Shown here: in pieces, positions 12,394-25,843 of the stretch
How the letters are laid out: each line of letters begins with the position of its first letter
Numbering within the stretch: position 1 is the first letter of the stretch
NCBI GenBank assembly: GCA_044892525.1
Contig: CM097886.1
Coordinates: 126,480,001 to 126,544,000, forward strand
Direction of reading: 5' to 3'
Length of the DNA stretch: 64,000 nucleotides
Source of the DNA: Schmidtea polychroa
Lineage: Eukaryota
The notes under the pieces: model-generated
Told to the model about the DNA's origin: nothing
The model's database searches: none
Seen by the model: the letters and a program-made list of their open reading frames with translations, nothing else
Program-made: the position numbers and the translations under genes

Positions 12394-13994
12394 NNNNNNN
12401 NNNNNNNNNNNNNNNNNNNNNNNNNNNNNNNNNNNNNNNNNNNNNNNNNNNNNNNNNNNNNNNNNNNNNNNNNNNNNNNNNNNNNNNNNNNNNNNNNNNN
12501 NNNNNNNNNNNNNNNNNNNNNNNNNNNAAAATTAATAACAATTTTCATTTTCCCGTATATACAATCTGAATGAAATATATTGTCGAAATGAGAGCTGTGA
12601 ATAATTGAAGACTGTGTCCCCTGTACCGGCTGATTTATTGTCATGTCAGCGGTGTTAGTTGATGTATATTTGGATATAAATAGAGATTCATCCCATGTAC
12701 ATTTGTAAAGAAATCTTTGAATAATGGCGACAAAATTTTAGGAGTTGTTGCCGTGAATTTCTATCTCTCGTTTACCCAACCCAACTCTTCTTGTTTTGTT
12801 CGCGTAGAAAACAAAATTTAGTTTAATTTAGTTTAGAATTTTATTTTCAATTTTTTATTGCTCTGTCCAATTGTTTGTTAATTCTTTTTATATTGTCTTT
12901 CCTATCTGGCAAGCCGTTCATTGATAGAGCATTCTCATTCCTCTGACAAACCACATGACTAACTAGAAAAATGAAAGACTGCGACACCCAGCTACATAGT
13001 TGATGTGAAAAATCCCCTGCTAGTTTATATAGAACAATTGGGGAAGTTCAAATATTGAAAAATACTTGAAAAATGAATTCGTTCACAACTTGGAAACATT
13101 AATGTCCTTTTTACATATTAAGTACCAACTGATCTCTCACGTAACCTCTTCACTAGGAACCTCAATCGCCTAATTTTTCAAGGAATTTTTTTAGCTAACA
13201 ATGATAAATCTATAAATTTTCTTTCACCACTTTGCCACACGATAAAAACCTTAATGATTGTGGTCTATTTGAATTAGAGATTGAACATGTGCACCAAATG
13301 CGATCCGAGAATTACCATTCAAAAGGGGAAATAGCTCGAGGTATACTGTGAATTAAACCCGATTACGACACTAAATTAATATTATTGTTTTCACTCTCAT
13401 TGATCTTCCGCCGTCCCTCTCCAAATTGTAAAGTAGAGGATTTAGTGAATAAACTCAGTACCAAGCTCTCTAGGAATGCTTCATGGTAGTTATACGATAT
13501 TTAGAAAATATCGTAATATCTCTTCCTTGTTAGCAGTAATAATGTTTATCAACCAGAGTCACGAAACAATCTCTAGGAGAGCAATCAAGCGATTATATTT
13601 CCCCCAGATCTCCTTAGAAAATTGACATTGATGAGAAATCGTTTAGTCCTAATTGACCTCGTCTATTGTGAGCAGGCAGCCCGCGGGCATTGTGAAGAGA
13701 ATGCCAACAGTCAATTGAGCATTTGTCGTTTCTGAATATTTTTAAAAGCTTTTGCATATGTTTTTTATTAATGAAATTATGTGAATATATGAACCGGGAC
13801 GGCGTTTTCATTGCAAAATCCCTGCTCGTACATTTCCTATCCCTATTGTTAGAAATGAATTGGTTTCTTATATTTGACGGGAGTAGGTAGTTAGTGGTTC
13901 TCTGGAGCAAACCATCCGGTGTACGCCCCTAGGACTCCAGAGGGCTAATAGCTGTGCAATGAAAGATGAGAATATCCCAGTGGGCCAAATGATA

Positions 13995-14490
13995 TTTTTC
14001 TGACTATAGCGAGGGGGTATCCTTGGTCTCAGGATTTTTTCAATGCAAAATCCGATCCTCGTTAAAAAAGTAATCGATTTTTCTGACTATAATGTGGGGA
14101 TCTCCTTTGTCCCAGGTATTTTCAATACAAAGTTCGATCCTCGTTAGAAATCCATGAAATTTTCTGACTATAGTGAGTGGATCTCATTGGTTTCTGGGAT
14201 TTTCTATACAAAATCTGATTTTCATTAAAAAAGCTGAGGATTTTGCTGACTATAGTGAGGTCTCTTTGGTTCCAACAATTTTCAATACAAAATCCGATCC
14301 TCGTTAAAAAACCCAAGGTAATTTAAGGTCCCAGGATTTTTTGTACACGGAATTTATGGTCCGATATTTTAAATAATAATTGACCACGTGAAATCTTAAA
14401 TTTAAGTAAATTAAGGGCTATAATTTAAAATTAAGTAAGTGATGAGCTATATTTGGTAATTAAATTAAGGGTTAAATTTTTAAATTAAGT
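13995..14490 (+). repeat. Degenerate ~82-bp tandem array (4 units, TTTTCTGACTATAG...AAAATCCGATCCTCGTTA) plus AT-rich short repeats
   Basis: Units begin near 13996, 14078, 14160 and 14241; inverted copy at 18085-18455. Confidence 0.85.
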
Positions 14491-14704
14491 AACTGACGAT
14501 TTAGTAATTATGTAAATTAAGTGCTAAATTCAGTAATTAAGTAAAGTTATAGTTCCTTCCAAATCAAATTCAAATAATTTATTTAAATAAAAAAACGATC
14601 TTCTTTTATATTATTTAAACAATTAATTATTGAACATAACTCTCCTCTTTCTCCTCTTCTTCAAAATACAGGTACGGTACTATGAAAAATTTGGGAACCC
14701 CTGG

Positions 14705-15235
14705 ACTATGCGGTTTTAACCGAACTAATAATTTCTCTCCCACCATGAATACTCCAGTACCCCGTTTGTCTAAATCTCTATTTTTCATTGCTGTCGTTGC
14801 TTTTTCTAAATTTTTTTTTGTTATATCCATAATTTCTTATCTACTTTTTTGTATGTGTCCTAACCTAGAATATAAATTAATCTTCCAACCATATACAATT
14901 TCAAAAGGTGAAAAATTTGTCGAGTTTTGTATTGAAGCATTCAAACTAAATTCAATTTTTGGTAACAATTTGCACAATTATTCTCTGTTCTAATATCTGT
15001 CAATGATGTTGCCAGAATGTCCCAAACTGTTCTTATTATTCGTTCAGCTAAACCATTTGATTGATGTTGGTATGGTGAACTCAATTCTAGTTTTGTGCCA
15101 AATTCTTTCATTCAATCACGCAACATTGATCCATCAAAAATTCTTCTATCTGTAAGAATGCTTTCTGGTCTACCAAACCGATATATCCAATTATTCAGAA
15201 TGACATTTAAAACCGTTGATTCATCCTGTGTACTT
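14705..15235 (-). pseudogene. Ty3/gypsy integrase C-terminal fragment
   Basis: NWIYRFGRPESILTD, SPYQHQSNGLAERIIRTV, NFSPFEIVYG, FMVGEKLLVR. Ends at a hAT TIR (CAGGGGTTCCCAAA, minus strand, ~14690-14703). Confidence 0.88.
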
Positions 15236-15239
15236 CAAT

Positions 15240-17050
15240 GATTATTTGGCAAAAGCTGTCAAAACTTTGAATACTTTACCTTTAACCAACTCTGTTTTTA
15301 CTGGTGCTATTGTTTCTGAAAAAATATCTTTTCTTACAACTTTGCCACTTCATTAAATGTTCTTGAAACTACTTATGAATTACCACCGATCTGGGAAGGT
15401 GTCACTGAAGATGAGTATAAAAAAGCTCAGGAGATTTGGAATGAAACTAGATATGTAAATTTGCTTGACTATATGATTATATATTTAAACTTGATTGTTT
15501 TCTTTTGACTGATTTCTTTCAACAATTCCGTTTGAAATCTATAGCTCACAATAGGTTAGAACCATTGAATTATTTCGGAAATCCTGGTATATCTTGGTCT
15601 TCTTCTTTAATGTCGTTAGATGAACCAATTGAATTGTTCACTGAAAACGAAATTCTTTGTTTTTACGAGATTGGAATAAGTGGAGGTCTTACTTTTGCAA
15701 ATAAACATTTTGTGATAAAACTAGTGAAAGCACAAAGTTGCTTTATATTGACATCAATAATCTTTACGGTTGGGCTTTAAGTCAACCATTGCCTTGTGGT
15801 GAATTTGGTTGGGTACTAGATAGATTTGATTTTATATTGGTTGAATGTTTGAATTTAAATCTCGAATCTTTGTCTTATTAATACACTCTTGAAGTAGATC
15901 TTGTAATTCATTCTGAGCTTCATGATAAGTTGGATAATTTCCTTGTTGCAGTTGAAAAAGTTGGGTCAAAGATAGTAAAATTGTTATTAACCCATTACCC
16001 AAAAATTAATTATGTGATTAATTGGTTATTGAGGTTATACTTGGCTCTTGTTGTAAATAGAGCAGTAAAGTTTTAACAAACTCCTATTTTTAAAAAAATA
16101 TATAGACACTAATACAAAATTAAGAACCAAAAGTACAAGCACATTAGATAAAAACTATTACAAGTTATTAAATAACAGTTTGTATGGTAAAACTTTGGAG
16201 AACTTAACGAGAAGAATGAATCTACGATTATGTGCTACCGATAAAAAGCTTGTAACATACACATTAAAACCAACATTAAAAAAATCTATTAAAATTGATG
16301 ACAATTGATAGCTGCCTTGTTAAATTCTGATTCTATATGTTCAGATCGACCAAGCTACAATGGCAATCTGTACTTGATCTATCTAAACTTCGTATTTATA
16401 TGTTGACTTGGAAAAATATAGACAACAGTTTAATTGTGGCATTAATATAGTTGTTGGAGTACAGACTTTTTCTTTTTAGAAATTGTAAATTGTAAATTAG
16501 AAAATCTTTTGTCAGAAATGGTTAAAGATGAACTTTTGGTCACTTCTAATAATCCTACTGATCACCCTCTCTATATTAAAAAAAACTTGATTCTGTTATT
16601 GGAAGATTTAAAGATGAGAGTAAGGGTGAAAGATATGTAGAGTGGGTATTCTTAGGACCCAAGTGTTACAGCTTGTTAGGTAAATCAAAATGAATATAAG
16701 CTAATGGAGTGTTTTTAAAAGATACAAAACTTGACCATAAATTATATAAGGATTGTTTTAATAAAAACATTATTTTTTCTGTTCAACAATTTTGTATTGG
16801 TACAAAGAATCATCACCAAACTTTATAAATTAAAAAATAGCATTAACTAATAAGGACGATAAAAGGGTTTGGTGAGAAAAAATAAAAGTTGTGCATATAG
16901 TCATGTAAGGTTAAATAATATTAATAATAATAATAATAACGAAGACATTGAAAATAATGACAGAGAAATTGATGAAATTGATGAATTTGAAGACAGAGAA
17001 AATAATGCAGAAATTGAAGATGAGGAAACAATACAGAAGATGAATTAATA
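15240..17050 (+). pseudogene. polB: Polinton/Maverick-type protein-primed DNA polymerase B, 3' half, heavily degraded (copy 1)
   Basis: Collinear with 29545-31315: LAKAVKTLNTLP, D.NNLYGWALSQPLP, YKLLNNSLYGKT, acidic tail. Confidence 0.88.
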
Positions 17051-17250
17051 GACAAAGACGATGTCTTATTGACAGATTGTGAAAATTGTTATTAATAAAC
17101 TTTATTTTGTATTTAATTGTTATTATTTTATTTGTTATCTGATGATACATGGTTGTAAGTACCTGGCTGTAAGTAGCTGGTATCTTTTTGTCCTTTTAAA
17201 TGTTGTCAAGAAGAAAGAAATATTCTATTTGCCGAATTACGAAGTGCTTA

Positions 17251-17759
17251 TAGACTTGCCTACTCTCCCGTTTTTACCGGGAGTCTCCCGGAATCGGCTT
17301 TCGTCTCCCGTCTCCCGGTTAACTATGACCCGGGAAATGTAAATCTCCCGTCTTTCCGTTTTTACAATATTTTACAATTTTTCAAGAAAAAAGTGCAGTT
17401 TTTGAAGTTTTAACTTTTATTTTATTTCTCTAAAATGATGATAGTCAAGATTTATTTTTGCTCATAGTCACCGAAAGTTTAAATTATTGGTTCGTGGCGA
17501 CCGATTTTATGTTTTTCTTCTTACCCACGTTATTAGTCTGTCACTGTCAGTTATTTTTCACTTATAAAATGTAAAAAATGTAAAATTTAATATGTAAAAA
17601 TAATTGTTTTGTTTAAATCTTTATGGTATTAGTCATCATATAATTAAAATCACTAACATGTGTAAACCAAAAGTGAAAAAACACCTGTTACATTATTTCT
17701 TAAGCGTTAGACTGTTCGCAATTTTATAATCTCCGAGGTTGTGGGAGTTAGCAAACCTA
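17251..17759. mobile_element. hAT MITE (509 bp)
   Basis: TIRs TAGACTTGCCTACT / TAGGTTTGCTAACT; perfect 8-bp TSD AGTGCTTA. Confidence 0.92.
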
Positions 17760-18084
17760 AGTGCTTATTATAAGCAAATATATGATGCAGAATAAACTTT
17801 GTATCTCTATTTTGTCTTTAATTGTTATTGTTTGTAATTACTTGGTTGCTAGTTGAAAGTACTTGGTATCTGTTTTTGTTGAATTATTATTATTATTACT
17901 ATTATTATTATTATTATAAGCAAAAATTATTTCGTAAACATTTTTATCTAAAACTTTCTTTGAAAACTTTTTCAAAAAATTTATCAGTGACTGACAGTTT
18001 TTCCAAATATCTGACAATAAATTTTAAATTATTACTTTACTTTACTTTAATTTAAAAATGTTGCTTTAGTTATTTAAAATCTAT

Positions 18085-18455
18085 TACTTAATTTAAAAAT
18101 ATAGCCCTTAATTTACCTAATTACCAAATATAGCCCATCAGTTACTTAATTTTAAAATATAAATCTTAATATTTAACGTGGTCATTGATTAATCAAAATA
18201 TCAAATCAAAAATTCTATGTACAAAAATCCTGGGACCAAGAAAACCTCCTCGCTAGAGTCAGAGAAATTCATGACATTTTAACGAGGATCGGATTTTATG
18301 TACAAAAAATATTTCTAGGACCATAAAATACCATGGCTTTTTTAGTGATAGTTGGATTTTTGTATTGAAAATCTCTTGGCTTTTTAGTGATAGCCGGATT
18401 TTTTATTGAAAATCCCTGGGACTTGGAGATTCCCTCACTATAGTCATAAAAATCT
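18085..18455 (-). repeat. Inverted copy of the 13995-14490 array
   Basis: TTTAACGAGGATCGGATTTT, CACTATAGTCA and TATAGCCCTTAATTTAC are reverse complements of motifs in the left array. Confidence 0.85.
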
Positions 18456-21400
18456 ATAATTATCTCATGAAACGTTTAATGTGATAGATTATCAAAATTT
18501 GGCCTGCTTTTTATCCTATTTTTAAATATTAATTTTTGTAGTACCGAATCAGAATAATTGGATTTGGCTTAGTGGTTTAACGTAGAAGATATGAGTAGGC
18601 GAATAAGGCGTATTTCTAATATTTTAATGACTTGTGTATAATTTCCCTTCTATTAGAAATTCAATTAAACTCATTTTATTCAAGCGTTTTTGCTAGGGTC
18701 TTGTCCCGTTTTATTCATTGTTATTCTAATACATATTTATTAGCCAATCAGAACAGTTCTTATCATTATTTAGATTTCCACCATAGATCAATATTTTCTG
18801 TTTCTCACAGATTTTCGCTCTTTTCAACTGATATTCAAATCTGATTTTAATTCATTTAACTTGCTTTGAATTTGAATTTTATTTTATTTCTAAATTCATA
18901 TATCAATTTCATTATTTGTATATTTTAATGTTTTATTAGATTTTTATTATTTATGCGAGTATAAAAATCTGAGTTTACGAGAATAGAGCAGAAGTGATCT
19001 GTAGAAAACAAACCATTAAAAAATCACCTTGTAGTAAGTCTTTTACGTTTTCATAAAAATACAACCTTTTCCTGTAGTATATTGTTTATAAATAATTTCA
19101 AAATTACAAGGAAAACTGCCTGAGAACGACAAATAATATGAATCGCCATAATGACGACTGATTTATCTGGTCAACAGATTTGTCGTATAGAATCTCGCTC
19201 ACATCTGGACATTCGCGTGATCCTCCTGTTTATTCGTATAAACTTCATTCGTTCTGTTTCACAGATTTCGGTTTTCATGACCATGTCACTTTTGATCAGC
19301 CTTGACATTTTTATTATCAAACGGACGCAGACAGCCTCATGATTTATGAATGCGATAAAATTCATGGAAATATAACCAGATTTTCTTAGCTGGACCTTGA
19401 TTAATTCGAATCAGAATGCGAAAGACTCAATATGACCAAGGAGTTCTGGTGCCAGGGTGGATGAGAATTCACCTTGTTGACCAAATATTCAAATCAAACC
19501 TATTCTAATTAGAGTAGGGAGTGGTATTGTGAATGATAAACGCCCCATTGACTGTATTGTACTTATTGAGTAAAGTACTCGGGTGCTACCAGATTTTATA
19601 TCAGATTATATGGAACCTCCAAACGTGTCATGATTGTGCATGAGATCTTTAAATTTATATTAAATGTAATGGGTTTAATTTCGGTCCTGTTCGTTGGAGG
19701 CTATAAGAATATACGACCCGCAACTGATGAAATGTTGATCTGAGACAAAAATAAAGGGAAATATTAAAAAAAACATTCGGAATGCTTACCGGATTGACAC
19801 CATCAGCTGCTAATTAGCCATTCTTCAATTCTCCAAAACAACTATCATACTGTCACAAGCAAGCTTTGTTTATTTATTTTCCTTATGTTCAAATTTAGGA
19901 TTTCAATTATTCTCCCTTCGCGTCTCATGTTCAGCAAGAAGTCTAGACTAACCGGATTAGAAATTCAATAAGCAACTTGTCAACAATAGATCTTCTCTTT
20001 CTGCAATTAGTTGTCGAATTCCTGGCAAATAATCCAAGCTGTAATTAGAAATATTCTATTTTCCTTTCCTATTCAATCGCTGCAAGTTTCTTGCTGTTAT
20101 AATTGAAATATTCGAGGTATATTCACCCCCCCCCCCACTGTTTATATTTTAATTACAAATTTCTATATTTACTAAATTATAGAGGCCAGTAAGAGGGGGT
20201 TTACATTGGGATAATGAAAACAGAGCATGTAAAATTAATTAAATAAGTAAATAAATTTTTAACCCTACCCCAATTGATTTATATCAGACGCAATTTTTGC
20301 AAAAATATTTTTATCATATTGCCCTACTACTTAATGGAAAGTGCGATGCCACATTAGAGTATAATTGCATCGAGCTATCTGCGTACATGGCTTTCATTTA
20401 TTAGTATGACCTTGACATTTAATGATCTTTTACTTTATTTTGATTTTGTTAATTTTTATTTTAATTAATAATAATTGGTTATGAAGACATCGTAAACAAT
20501 TAATTGCCATATAATCAAGCTATAATCAAAATTCATAATCGAAATATAAAATTAACAAAATCAATTACAATGAAATATTATTAAATGTCATCGTCATACA
20601 ACTAGATGTAAAATCTTATATTCGACAGCCCGATTTACAGAGTGCCCACGAACCTTTATGGGAGAAAGAGGCTATAAAAGAAATTTTGTCCTTAAAGTAG
20701 AATTTTTAATGATTATTAGGCTTCGACTTTCACATGTCATAAATGAAAAGTTTAATTTCTTTATAGATAATTCATTCCATCAACCTTGAAGGTCTTCCTC
20801 TGTTCCTTCGCAAATACAATAACTCCTCCCACAAAAATTTCCAATGGTAGTGAAGTCAATTGTAAAAATAAAAAAAAGAATAGAGGAAAAAATATCCACG
20901 AGAATCTGTAAGTAATTTTTATTAATTTCACCAATCGCTCTTCCGGGTCTTACGAATCATCTTGATACCTAACAGCTGCTCGGCAACAGACTGCAGATGG
21001 CAGACAATTGAAATTTGTATTCCCTGTAGATGGAATGCTAAGGGGAATATGCAACCAAAATTAGTAATCCTATACCCAACCATCCAACCGGAACCAATTA
21101 TCCCTTTGTAAATCTAGTGAATGGGCCAGCTATGACAATACTAATGGAAGCGTCGACACAAATTAATATCCCATCCCCGACAGGATCCCTTGCGAACCGT
21201 TTCAGTTCTGTAAACAAATTCAATGTTGACATTAAACTGAATTAATTTTCAGGTGAAATATTTATTTCCATAACAAAATCGAGGAGAATGAAAAATATTT
21301 TGAGTTCGATATCGCCAATTAGTAGAAAGGATTTAGGGAAACTTGCAAAAGGAAAATTCCTACATCCCCCTTTGTCCCCCCTTCGCCCTCTCAAATCAAT

Positions 21401-23339
21401 TGCATGCCTCAATTTGCAATCCGTTATTCAACAGCACATTATTCAATCGATGGAAATCCAATCAGGCGTGCTGACTGATTATTGCGCAATCAAGTGTGCT
21501 AATCGGCGGCCGGTAGAGACCACTGGCGTATTAATTGCTTCACCCGATTAATCGATTCGTGGCTTCCTACGAAAAATTAATTAATAGAAAATTTTTATTT
21601 TTCCTATTCTCATCGACAACTGACAGACAGTCGTATAAAATTCCCCCGGTTGCATGCGGCCGTCCACGCCCAGCGCTTCTCACAATTCTCTTTTCTATCG
21701 ATTTCAACAAAAAATTTAAGTGATATTGAAGAAATTTGCAAAAAAAGAAATTCTTTTTTATATTTGTCCTTGTCAATCATTGACCGAATGCCTTGTGTGC
21801 AAGGCAGCGATTGCCTGCATGTATCGCTGCAATTACCGATACCGGTGTGCATTCACAGAGTTTGTAAATCAGGATTTTCTGGTTTTAATCGAGCTAGTCT
21901 CCCCTAAATACTCCAACAAAAACTAGGATTTGAGAATTTTATCGGATGCCTTTATGACCGCCCTGATAGAGCAAGCAAGACTCGGTAGCCCCGCAGAAAT
22001 ATGAATGGGATAATACTCCGTTCTCCACTTGATGAATTGTCTATTATTCTCTTGGCCAATCAGAATCGAGAATTTCAGTTTTCTAAAATACACACAAACA
22101 ATTTAGAATCTCAAAGTTATTAATTACAAGAAAAAATAATTAATTATCTTTGATTAATTAATTACTGTTTTATTTTATTTTTTTGCATTTTGATAGAAAA
22201 ATATTTTTGGCTTTAATAATTGGCGAAATTATAAGATGAGATTTGAATATTTTTCCATTCCAAATTTCAAGAATTCTTTCAGACAAATTCCGTTGGAATC
22301 TGTCGAAAAGTTTTTATCAATTTGAAATCGGGGAGGGAGAAAATTGAAATATTTTTTTCTTAAATTTTGATATAAAATTAATTTTTATAATTATTTTCTG
22401 TTTCGGAAATTTTCAAAAATTAGAAGGATTTTTGTCTAAAGGTTTTCTTAGAAATTTCTGCGTTGGGTATTTGATTGATTAAGACGCCGTTGATTGAGTC
22501 GGCATCGTCACGGCTGACAGAGGAAGCTCCAATATTGATATGCAAATTTCTTTGTCAGTTTCTTATCAAATCGGCTTCTTGAAATACATTCAATTGTGAA
22601 TACAATGAGGATTTAATAATTCATGACACATCCTCACCCGCATCCTTACCCAGCATCCTCACCCGTATCCTCATTAGCACCGTCATCAACAAGAAAGAAA
22701 TTAATTAATGAATAGATCTCATTTGCCTACTGGCATCCCAAATGTAATGTGACCCTTGCTCGGGGGAAAAATATTGAAAAACTCTCTCTGTATCGGCTTG
22801 GTCATCGACATCTCATCTGACACCGCACAAATTCCATCCATCATTTTCAACTGAAATTTGAGTCAAACTCTCTAACAATAAAAGTCCTCCTTGCAAATAG
22901 AAAAATCGAGCTCTTATTTGAATCTACCTCGGTACATAAAAAATAAAAATACATAATACCGGAATGGTCGGTGAGAGATCTGCAACAGCCTACCGGCATT
23001 ATTCGTAACGTAACCGGTTGGGATGAGTTATCTAAACAATAAATTTCATTAAATGACACATACTAACAATAAGTTTTGGATCCCATCCAGTAGATAAACG
23101 CATTCTCAACAATATCAGTATATGCATTTATATCGTATTTCCGATGTACAAATGTATATGCTAATATTTCATGGAATGCGCTTAGATAGATTACTGCGTT
23201 TGATGCGCATTATTAGACAATGTGTTGAATTGAATCTACACTATTTATATATTTATTTACGTTTCTACAACTCCATGACTCTGCATTTGATGCCACTTAT
23301 AATAGGTATGTGCACGCACGCCAACACGGATAGTGCTGG

Positions 23340-23453
23340 AATGATCACGCTCGGCACACTGACACAGATAATGTACGAATAATCACGTTCGGCACACTGA
23401 CACGGATAATGCACGAATAATCACGTTCAGCACACTGACATAGTTAATGCACA
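23340..23453 (+). repeat. 38-bp minisatellite, 3 copies
   Basis: Consensus AATAATCACGTTCGGCACACTGACACGGATAATGCACG at 23340, 23378 and 23416. Confidence 0.9.
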
Positions 23454-25200
23454 CTGATTGTTGGTACGCATTGTGCACAATTGTGTTGCTGTGCCACACA
23501 AATATGTGCTGATTTCATTATCTTTCATTTATAATCTTTATTTTATTATTTCTCTGTATCATAGACGTTGACAACGGCAATTAGTGATGCAGATCCATCG
23601 AGAAGAATTCTGAATTTTTAGGACTTGATTCTGCGGATACCAAGGATGAGGTTTACAATTGATCATGAGTCATTAATAATAATAGCTAATAATAGTAATA
23701 ANNNNNNNNNNNNNNNNNNNNNNNNNNNNNNNNNNNNNNNNNNNNNNNNNNNNNNNNNNNNNNNNNNNNNNNNNNNNNNNNNNNNNNNNNNNNNNNNNNN
23801 NNNNNNNNNNNNNNNNNNNNNNNNNNNNNNNNNNNNNNNNNNNNNNNNNNNNNNNNGTGACATAGCACCGTAACCTAAGTGTCAGCCCCCGATAGTACAA
23901 TTTGGCTTTGTTGTCGTTCTAAGATATCGTCATTTGATTTTTAAATTTTCTTTTTCGGGAGTTGCCATTATATTTCTTCTCTTATTTCTGGAAAATTTTT
24001 GAAGTTTGCATAAATACCTATTTTTTCATGGAAATTTCAATGAACTCTATGAATAATTTATCATATTTAAAATGATTTCATTAGCGATCTAACTGGTATT
24101 CACTGGGTCAAATCACAGTGGAATTGAGCAGAATGGGACAGAGGGGTCAGGCACAATTTCTTTCAAGGTTACTGAAAAAAGAATGATTCTCGCCCAAGTA
24201 ATATCGATGGTAAAGGACTGTACGAAGTTACTACCGGTGGAGCATTGTATTCAATGTATCTACCCAAGTCGACCCCCTTGTCAAAACCAGCCAATGCGTG
24301 ACCAGATAAGAATCGACTGGTTGCATCACATAAATTGCAAATCGTCAATAGCGAACTATCTAACGAAGAAAAGCAACCAATGATTACCGGAGCGAATGTA
24401 TGACAAACTATATTACATGTAAACAAAGTGCGGAAGGTGAATAATCACAATTGCACTATGAAAATATTTACACTGCACTGTTACGTAATGCCGCGTAGAT
24501 TATCAAAATCTCAATTCATAAAATTCGGCACCTCTGTAAAAGCATCAATTCAATGGTAACAAATATACAACTCACATTTAGGCATAAATAGTTCAGATTC
24601 TGGCCTTCATCCCCCCCCAATTATTTATCACATTAATTATTCGTTTGTAAATTTTTTTGCAAAAATGAAAATATTTCGTGAATTCGAATTTCAAAAATTT
24701 AAATAACGCTGACGCAATTAGATGAAAAAGCAAATTAGGTGTGAAGAAGGGAGGGAGTTAGAAAATGGAAACAAGAGAATGATAACTCCAATTGTCAATA
24801 ATTTATCAATCAATTTTGATTAACTTATTTATCGATATTTATTAATTTTTTGATCAATAATCATTAAGTTATATTTAACTTTTGATCGACTATTGTATTA
24901 TTGGAATTTATATATTTTTTGATTTTATGATTTTAATATTTTAAAAATGCTTCAGATAAATATTTTGTCACNNNNNNNNNNNNNNNNNNNNNNNNNNNNN
25001 NNNNNNNNNNNNNNNNNNNNNNNNNNNNNNNNNNNNNNNNNNNNNNNNNNNNNNNNNNNNNNNNNNNNNNNNNNNNNNNNNNNNNNNNNNNNNNNNNNNN
25101 NNNNNNNNNNNNNNTAATAATACTAGTGATAATATAAAAATTAAAATACTGATTATAGTAAAAATATTATAAATTATAACATATTTTTAAAAACATATTA

Positions 25201-25283
<83 letters not shown>
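25201..25283. repeat. (AAT)n microsatellite
   Basis: Direct observation. Confidence 0.97.
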
Positions 25284-25284
<1 letters not shown>

Positions 25285-25313
25285 TAAAGTCAAGATAGTA
25301 AATAATAATAAAA

Positions 25314-25843
25314 CTGGGCGCCCGCAAGGAGGGGCAAAGCGGGGAAGGCATTGATAAGAAATAGTCAAATAATAAATAAATAATAAAAAAATTAATAAAA
25401 TATTTGTTGCTACAGATTGTCCTTCATTACTACAGTGTCCTGTCCGTTCGTTCACCATACAAATACGCTAACGTAAAATTAAAACTACATTAAAACATTA
25501 AAATTATGTTGCTAATTGAAAAAAATGACGGGAACCTATTTTGTGAACTAACTTTAACCTTTACAAAATGAAACTTATATTAATCATCATCCAGGACCAG
25601 TCCAACCAGTAATGGTAAAGATAAAATAGGCTAGCTAGAGTCGTTTTTCGTGCATGGCATGTGATAATTTTTTTAATTATTTATATTTTTTGGTAACACT
25701 AAAAGATTTTACATCCCAATTTTGCGCCCCTTTCAGATGTGCGCTCTGTGCGACTGCACCGCTCGCACCACCATTGTTACGGGCCTGAAAACATTACTAA
25801 AAATATTCTTCCCACCCTAGATAATTTTCTGTGGGCACCCATG
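25314..25843. mobile_element. Probable hAT MITE with a nested second MITE end
   Basis: CTGGGCGCCCGCA left end; CTGTGGGCACCCATG right end; internal GTTACGGGCCTG end near 25787. No TSD. Confidence 0.45.

Noticed and set aside
12600-13900. Degenerate non-LTR (APE endonuclease) remnant on the minus strand (FLTIGIGNVRAG; VILG..AHV)
   Set aside because: Only two weak motif echoes amid many stops; needs BLASTx or RepeatMasker.
19716-19739. INISSVAG peptide (SDR-like) on the minus strand
   Set aside because: Flanked by stops, with no GxxxGxG or YxxxK in range.
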